Assembly: GCF_009914755.1 (NCBI RefSeq)
Contig: NC_060925.1
Reading direction: 5' to 3' (one strand)
Source of the DNA: the human T2T-CHM13v2.0 reference genome, Homo sapiens
Length of the DNA stretch: 64,000 bases
A model generated the notes under the pieces. That model worked only from the letters and a program-made list of their open reading frames with translations. It was not told the DNA's origin and searched no databases. Within the stretch, counting starts at the first letter, position 1, and every line of letters starts with the position of its first letter. Position numbers and translations under genes: made by a program. This document shows, one piece after another, positions 52,106-64,000 of the stretch.

Positions 52106-53781
52106 GTAAGTAATACAAGGCTATATATTCATGCATTAAGGCTGGGCCCATTCACTCATGACCTCAACTTTTGCACTGAGTTAGGACTTTGTTCCTCAAA
52201 CTGGAAGAGGCATAACAATCATCATTAAGGCTAAACTGAAGCTCAACTCAAATTGGTAGTGATAAGAGAATGCCAAATGATTGATAAATGAGTTTTAAGT
52301 CCTTGGTCTTAAGATTTTGAAAGAATTTGTGAATATAACTGCAGGCTTACTCTTGGTGATCTGAGAAAATCTATGGAGAATATAAGCCTGGAAATAAAAT
52401 TGTTCCCAAAATAGGAAACAATTAGATTTTAAGCTTTAGGTCAGTTAAGTGCTATCAACTGCACATAAAAGCCTAGAAAGGATTATTAAACAACTTGTAA
52501 GCCCTTAGCAAATAAAAAAGAAACACAGATAGACCAAGACCAACCTGAATCAAACTAACTTTATTTTCTCTTAACAGCTCTTTATCATAACACCCACTAC
52601 TGCATGTTTTAAGGTTTTTTTGTTGTTGTTTTTTTTTTTTTTTTTTTTACTTTTAACACAAGAACTGAGGTTGTCTAGTTTAACAGATACCTGGGGGGCC
52701 TTCTAAGTACCATCTGTCTTGCTAAGTGTTGATTGTAAAGATGAACAAGATAAATGTCCTCTGTGATATACAATGATAGTAGAATCTAAAATAAGCGGTA
52801 CAGAGGGGGGAATATGATGGGTGGTGATATCTTAGGCCCTCCTCATAGATTAGGAAACCGAAGCTTAGAGAGACTAAGCACTTTGCTAAAGTCACGCAGC
52901 TTAGTAAAGACTGAAGGTGGTATCTGAACCCAAATTCTTGGACCTGTAATTCATTATACCATACTCCCCAGCACATTTTTTCAAGATAATCTTGTAAGCA
53001 GGATTAAACAATTAATTAGATTAATGGCTTTTTTTTTAGCTACTTGAACAATCATACCTAGAAAATACTTGGTATCAACCTGAATATCAACTTGAATAGA
53101 AGTCTCTAATGGCATGCTACTTGTTCCTAACCGTTTATGTGCTTAAAGTTGAAAGGAGATATGGAAAATATATTAACATACTTAAAGTGGCACTAGATAA
53201 TTCATTTGCTGGATGGTGTAATTAATACTCAAAATATTTAGTTAGGATAGAAAGAATGAAAACTAAAGAAATAAGAATAAATTTCAGATGTACTATACTA
53301 ACCTAAAAGTAAATTGTATGAATACCACATGGTGAGACCTGATTTGAGGACTACAGAAAAAGACCAGAAACTTGATAGTCCAAGTGGTTGTCCCATCCAA
53401 ATATGGTAATTTAAAAATTAACTGACACTTGGCTTCTAGAGATGACCATCTTACTGTACTTACTTGGTCAGACCATACTTGGAATTCCTGGTAATATAGT
53501 TACCACCTCTCTCTGTGCTTCAGTTTCCTTAGTTGTAAGAGAGGGGTAGTAGCTACAGTGAAGGGTGGCTATGAGGGTTGAATTGGAATATTCAGAGCAT
53601 GTAGAATAATGCCTCACACATCTAAATGTTCTATTTGTTCAATCAATATTGTGTCCGGTTTCAAGAACTTCACTTTAAGAAGGCAATGACAAGGGTAACC
53701 AGGGAAGAGGTTTTGGAAGCCACCATGTGAGTATTTAGCTTGAGTAAGGCTTTGGAGAAGAGGGCATCTTCAAGAATTTGA

Positions 53782-54841
<1,060 letters not shown>

Positions 54842-55694
54842 TAAATGTTATTGCACTTTGCCTCGAGATGAGCTGCGACTGTCAGATACAGTTGGTTTGC
54901 TTGTTTGGGTAGTGTTATCAGACGTATTTTTGCATGTAATGAGTCACCTGATAATTTTCCATATTTTAAAGAGAAAGGCTCCATTGTGGAACTGTTGCAA
55001 GTATATGACTGAAAGGTCTGAAGTTAGTTGAACTGGGTAACTAGGAGGTTCTGTGCTGGTGGTATTCTCACTTAGAAAGGAAGGAGATGTGGTCTTGTGG
55101 TTAGTAAGACACATGATAACCAGAGGACTAAAAATCTAATTTTAGTCAGGCTGCTAAACAGTGCGATTTGAAGTAGAGCCCACACTGTGCTCACCTTCCA
55201 TTGCTTGATTTCCTACTCATCACCTAACAAATGTTCCGGACACGTGTGGGCAGCCATTTAGCTGCTGATCCAGGATCACACCATACCCAGGTCCACCCTT
55301 CTAATTGTCTCAACTAAAACAGCCAGTTAGGCTTGTAATTCTATTACAAAAAAATCAATCCTGTTTCCTGTTCTATGCCTCTTCGGTATTCAAGATCATC
55401 ATTTCTTCACATGGATGGGCTGGGAGTTGATATGAATTAGGAGTATTTAAAGATGTTGGAGAGTTTGGCATAATAGAAGTGACAGCTAATGCTTACAACA
55501 ATACATAGCAAAATAAATAAGCGCAGATCCCAGGTCTGGAAGGGGAGGGTATTGGCAAGCAGCAAAGGGTTGGAATTAACTTTTGTTACAATATGTGACC
55601 ATATAACAGCTGTCACCCTCTCACCAATTATTACTGTGTATATGGGTTGGTCTCTTCTAGTAGCTTTGAATCTTTGGATAGTGATAAAAATAGT

Positions 55695-56198
55695 GTTATA
55701 TTAACATTCTCCAGAGAGACAGATCTAGTAGGATATAGATACAGGTATGAGAGGAGATTAATTAGGGGAATTGGCTTGTGTGATTATGGAGGCTGAGAAG
55801 CCCCACGACAGGCTGTCTTCAAGCTTGAGACCCTGGGATGCCAGTAGTGTGGCTCCGTCCAAATCTGACTGAGCCACATTACTGGCATCACCCCTGATTG
55901 GCAGTCCTACTTGTTTGCTTCTGTGCATTTGGCCTGAGAATCTGGGGGGCTGCGGCTGTAGATCTTAGAGTCCAAAGGCCGGAGAACCAGGAATTCTGAT
56001 GTCCAAGCACAGGAGAGGAAGAGTGTATCCCAGCTCTAGCAGACAGACTGACACCTTTGCCTTTTCTGTAGTTCACTCAGACTCGCATGCTAATCCCCTC
56101 TGGAACCACCTTCACAGACACACACCAAAATAATGCTTTACCGGGCTTCTAGGTATTCCTTAATCCAGTCAAGTTGGCATCTAAAATTAACTATCACA
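55695..56198 (-). mobile_element. MLT2-type LTR
   Basis: TTCTCCAGAGAGACAGA...ATTATGGAGGCTGAGAAG...CTTAATCCAGTCAAGTTGGCATCTAAAATTAACTATCACA. Confidence 0.7.
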
Positions 56199-56597
56199 AG
56201 TGTCTTGTGTTTTACTTTTTCTAATGTGTTTAAGGAGCTCTGAAGACCATCTTACCGAAAGGAAAAGCCAGAAGAATGTACTCTGCATGAGGTACCGGCT
56301 AGTCAGTCAGATATGTCATTTCCCAACAGGGAGATTATGTATAGCTTGTTCAGTGACTTGCTCACTATCATGAACTCAAAAGAAACTAGCAATTTTTTAG
56401 ACTTCTTTTGGGATCCTTGTACCGCATCCTATACTGCTTTTATGTTCATGTGTGCATTTGTGTACATGTATACACATATTACTCCATAACAAAGCACAGT
56501 CTTCTTTTATACCTTTCCTGGTTGGGGTAGTAGAGGAATTTTACAGCCTACAATCAGACACATCCAGAAGAAGAGTGGAATATGTATGATACCTTAA

Positions 56598-56906
<309 letters not shown>

Positions 56907-57536
56907 TAATCTGGTTCCAGCAGCCCAACAAACACAGCCACAATTAGGATAGTCTCAGCTTTTCCCACCCATTGATGGCTTAGTAGAGAGGTTCCATTGA
57001 AGGCACACACTGAGGGGTCTCACTTGGGTTCAGATAAATGTTGTCATGGTCCCACACCCTTTAGGTTAGCTACCAGTACATCATAAGCTCACGTTTGTTT
57101 GTTTCCCAAACATCTGTTCCAAACAGTGTGAGTTGACTGAACTCTAGTTGACAGTCACTATCAACCCTGATTGGCAGTCATATTTGTTTGCTTCTGTGCA
57201 TTTGGCATAATGCCCCTTACCCTGTAGGGACTGATAAGAATCCCTATAGCTTTCAAGTTGGGAGTGAAGAAGGGGGACCTATTTATCCCCCTTCATCCCA
57301 GAAGACATATGACGCTGAACCACTATTTATAATACCACTAATCATGTGAATATGGAAGTTATAGCCTTCATAAATATAAAAGCATTAGAACACCTTTCTC
57401 AACTTCTATACCTCAAGGAGAAATAATAACATGATTAAAAATAAATTCTTGAGCTCCTCATCTATCCTCTTAAGGAGAGCTAGTCTGATGTCCCCTTCTC
57501 TGTTTGAAATTGATAACTCAGAACTTCTGTTCACAG

Positions 57537-57827
57537 GTACAGAAGGGCGGTCCTGCTGACTTGGCTGGGCTAGAGGATGAGGATGTCATCATTGAAGTGA
57601 ATGGGGTGAATGTGCTAGATGAACCCTATGAGAAGGTGGTGGATAGAATCCAGAGCAGTGGGAAGAATGTCACACTTCTAGTCTGTGGAAAGAAGGCCTA
57701 TGATTATTTCCAAGCTAAGAAAATCCCTATTGTTTCCTCCCTGGCTGATCCACTTGACACCCCTCCAGATTCTAAAGAAGGAATAGTGGTGAAGTCAAAG
57801 CATGACTCGCACATGGCAAAAGAACGG
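57537..57827 (+). CDS. PDZK1P1: PDZK1-like exon (PDZ4)
   Basis: 291 nt, [16 protein letters not shown]...HMAKER. Confidence 0.88.
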
Positions 57828-58005
57828 GTGAGTGGGGGCCTATTTCTTTTCATGATCTAATTTACTAGAGTATGGGTACAGTCCCTATGAGTATATTTAA
57901 TGTCTATGTTTGCCACAGATTTTTTTTAAAACTAGAAAACGACAATGTAAAGATAACTAACAAATCAAGTTATTGTAGAGGACAGGAGGCAGTATAAGAA
58001 CAACA

Positions 58006-58963
58006 AATTTCTTACTTTCATAGCATGCAGCTGACAGCAACTGTCTAGAGCTAATAAATCAAGAAGTAAAAAGTTTATCAGTATTGTAATGGGAACCCCC
58101 AAAAGAGCCTGAATCGGATGATCTAGATATGAATTCTGGTTCTGTCATTTGTCAGCTGTGGGGAAATGGATTTATTTGTTCTGTTCCTCAGTTTTCCCAC
58201 CCATAAAACAGGAATAATTTGTAGGATTGTTATCAGGATCATGTTAACTAAGATTAACTATATTAAAGTGCTTTGAATAGTGGCTGGCTCATAGTGAGCA
58301 TGTAAGTGGTGACGGTTAAAGACAATATTGTTTAAAACAATTGACAGGTATTCCAGTTTTATTACTAGGAAAGATTAAGCATTCTCTATATTATTCTCTA
58401 TATATTTGGATTAAATTTCTTGGTAAGTCTCAGTTTTATATTTTTGCCCAATTTTTCCTGGATGAACTTGAGGTCCAAAAGTAAACTGACTTATCCAAGT
58501 TCATAAAGGAAATTTATAGCAAAGCCGAGACTCTAAAAAAGTTTAATTCAATGTTGTTCTTCTTTCCATTATATTAATTCTGCTAATGGGTGGAATATTC
58601 ATTTTAATAAACTCAGTTTAATGAACACACACAATGCCCACTGATTTGTATTCAGGAATGCTTAATAAATACTATTAGTTGTATTAGTTGTCATTTAAAA
58701 ATTCTGTAATTTCTCTTTAGGAAGTCAATATCCTAGTCTTATACAAAAGAAATATACACAGACATTAAGGAATTTGTTAATGTGTCAAACAGCAAGTTGA
58801 AAACAATCAAGTGTAGAATTCAGGTCACCTGACTTCTAGTCATACCTAGATCATCTGATTCAGGCTCTTCTGGGGGTTCCCATTACAATACTGATAAACT
58901 TTTTACTTGATTTATCAGCTCTACACAATTGCTGTCAACTGCATGCTGTGAAAGAAAGAAATT
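58006..58963. repeat. Inverted repeat, arms 58006-58132 and 58840-58963
   Basis: Manual alignment: about 9 mismatches plus a 3-nt gap over about 125 bp. Confidence 0.9.
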
Positions 58964-59068
58964 CTAGTGAGTGACTCTACTCCCCGACTTAAGTCATGCA
59001 ACTCTAGAATAGATCATCCCTCTTTCATTACTCTACCATTTGTAAATTCTTTGTTTTCTTATACACAG

Positions 59069-59122
59069 GCCCACAGTACAGCCTCACATTCTTCTTCCAA
59101 TTCTGAAGATACAGAGATGTGA
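59069..59122 (+). CDS. PDZK1P1: PDZK1-like terminal coding exon
   Basis: AG|GCCCAC...ATGTGA, AHSTASHSSSNSEDTEM-stop. Confidence 0.88.
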   Translation, partial: AHSTASHSSSNSEDTEM

Positions 59123-59506
59123 TGAAAACAAGTAATAGCTTTGGCTGTTTATTTGATAGCTGTTTCTGGGTATTTAATAGGAATCCTTTCTCAAAGAATG
59201 AGTTGCGACCTGTTTACTGTCTCTTTAGAAGAAAAACTCCACTGGAAACCATTCACCATGTGTGATTGTCTTCTGTTATCATTTGTCTTACAGGCGGCTA
59301 TTGCAGACGGCTAATTTATGCTTAACTTAGGAAGAGATAAGGCAAGAGCTAGATTTTTTTCATGTGATCTTTTCCAAGCTTCAACTTAACTACATTTCTC
59401 TGTATGATGATGTCTCTTACTTCTACAGGTTCCTTGAGCACCAAAGATGATTCATAACTCTGTATAGGTGACAGCTGCTTATAAAAGCATCTTAGCAGAT
59501 AAGCCT

Positions 59507-59683
59507 ATTAAAATTGTGCTTTTGTAACAATGTTGTGGTTGCTAGAATAAATACCATTAACAAATGCCTTTTGAGTATGCTTGATAGTGCTTTTGTTTTG
59601 GATTCACTTTTTATGCTTTAACCTTCATTTGCCTCTAGAAACCCAAAACACAATAAAGTACAGAATAAGACCTTAGTAATAAA
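59507..59683 (+). terminator. Poly(A) signal cluster in the PDZK1-like 3'UTR
   Basis: ATTAAA 59507; AATAAA 59546, 59652, 59678. Confidence 0.65.
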
Positions 59684-60505
59684 ATTCAGAATTTTCTTAA
59701 ATTGCATGTCTGAGTGTTCTAAAAATTTTTCAACATTTCCCTTTCACAAGTGACTTATTCCCCCAGTTAAGTTATTCACGGTTTCACCCCACAGCGTGAG
59801 GGGCAGATAGAAAAAAAAAGGAAACATCACTACCGAATTGAAAGTAGGGTATAATACTAAGTTCACAGGAAATCAAGAAAAAATGACATAACTGAAATCT
59901 CTCTTTTGGTAAAATCTATTTCAGGTGCATACCACCCCTTTCCCGGAAAAGAACAGATAACCTCTTGGTTATTTTAATGGGGCAGGATCAGAAGAGGAGG
60001 TGTGGGATGCTAACTCATGTTAGATCACACAAGCATAATAAATACCAAGCTATGCTTGATAAAATGAACGTAAGGCAAAAGTGTTACAGTCTCTGATTTT
60101 AATGAGTCAATCTCAAGGCAAAGCTATAACCTTTTCCATGTGAACCTTAAAACGGAAATCCTACGTGTTTGGCTCAGCTACCATAGACATCTCTTGCCCC
60201 AGAGTTCCAGTGTATTTTTCACCTTTAGTTTCTTGGCTCCTCTCCGCCTCTACACCAGCCTCATATCCACACGGGATGCTCTCTGCTGAGTATTGTCTTG
60301 AGTTAGTTCTCCCTCTCATGTTCTGGCTGATGCTACTCATGGTCATAGTATCACCTGAGGGGGAAGGAGTATGCTATGAAGGTGAAAAATGCTACCATAG
60401 CATTTTGTTTGTTTATAAAATGTCAGGCCCTGGTTCCATTTTTCCCCCCTCTTATATCTAAATTTTGAAACCACTGGCCTCTAACAGTCTGTAGTAGGCT
60501 TAAGT

Positions 60506-60712
60506 TCAAGGTGCCATTTGCTTCTCTGGTGCCTGTTTGTGAGCCAAATAGAGGAAGAGTATGCTAGAGAGAGCGCTGACCAGGAAGATCACATCAAACC
60601 AACGGTGATAGAAGTTGAACTGCAGTTCTCCAAGGACTTCAGTGATTATGGTGCGGTATTCTAAAGGCATACTCATTCGGATCAGCAGCACAGAGGAGAC
60701 AAAGTACATGCC
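60506..60712 (-). CDS. GPR89B: Golgi pH regulator (GPHR) terminal coding exon
   Basis: Acceptor TTACAG|GGCATG; [20 protein letters not shown]...[12 protein letters not shown]-stop; 3'UTR runs to ATTAAA near 60100 or 59975. Paralogue B is inferred from adjacency to the truncated PDZK1. Confidence 0.88.
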
Positions 60713-61431
60713 CTGTAAGTCAAATGAATTAATCCAGAAGTGACTCTGAATGTAGTGAGGAACAGGACAAAGGAAATTATTAAAATTCTTAAAAGTATCA
60801 AGCACATTTCTGATATTTTACAGCTGTCAACATAAAGGTAACTAATTAAACTTACCATTATCTGTGCTAATAGCAGGACAATGACATTGGAGGACTTACT
60901 GCTAGAGATGGCATAAAAGAACTGTCAAGAAAGAGGGAGATAAATTTATGCAGTACTGTTAGATTCCTGTGTCACGAACAGTAAGAAATATGGTTAACAT
61001 TTGATTAAAAGTGTCTCTTCCATGCCACAATCCTGTATAGAACAATTCATATGATTAAGACTATAAAGAAGAGACTTAAAATAGACTGCTGAAAAAGTTA
61101 TACTTTCCCCCTGGGGGTAATTTAATTACATAACATATGAAAGGATTCCTATTGCTATCAAACTTCAGAAACTATGTGATACATATGACTTAACATCACT
61201 ATAAAACATTAAGTCAGATCACTCCAGCCCACTCCAAGCGGTTGTAATTGTTAGTAGGCTCCCACGCTCTTTCTAAAACTGTGCTAGATGCCTGCAGATC
61301 CCTTCCTGTCCCAGCCACTTCTCTTTCATTCAAAAGCTCCTGGATTTTTAAATCCCTACCTTTCCTACCAGAGAGGACTCACTTTCCACCTCCGTGAAGT
61401 CTTCCTACGTTGATTAGAAAATAGTTGAATT

Positions 61432-63994
<2,563 letters not shown>

Positions 63995-64000
63995 AGAAAA

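Overview
Human (or great-ape) genomic DNA from the 1q21.1 segmental-duplication zone. The left ~43 kb is a repeat-dense Pol III/snRNA cluster. It holds a tRNA-Asn(GTT), a full-length variant U1 snRNA gene with DSE/PSE/3' box, an intact tRNA-Gln(CTG), two decayed tRNA-Gly copies, a Y3 retrocopy and a heavily decayed head-to-head Asn-tRNA/U1 relic pair in a CpG island. Between these lie Alus, L1 fragments, LTRs and two ERV1-class provirus relics. From 43.8 to 59.7 kb is a 5'-truncated duplicate of PDZK1 (PDZK1P1-like): seven exons with canonical splice sites and an uninterrupted frame equivalent to residues 71-519. It converges on the last exon of GPR89 (probably GPR89B, minus strand), whose last intron carries a 5'-inverted L1PA. 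Most notable: the coding-intact, PDZ1-less PDZK1 copy sitting downstream of a decayed snRNA/tRNA CpG island; a U1 variant altered only in the SL4 tetraloop; and several locally templated insertions. Reference sequences and repeat-family names are from memory, not database searches. Most short ORFs in the track are Alu/L1/low-complexity artefacts.
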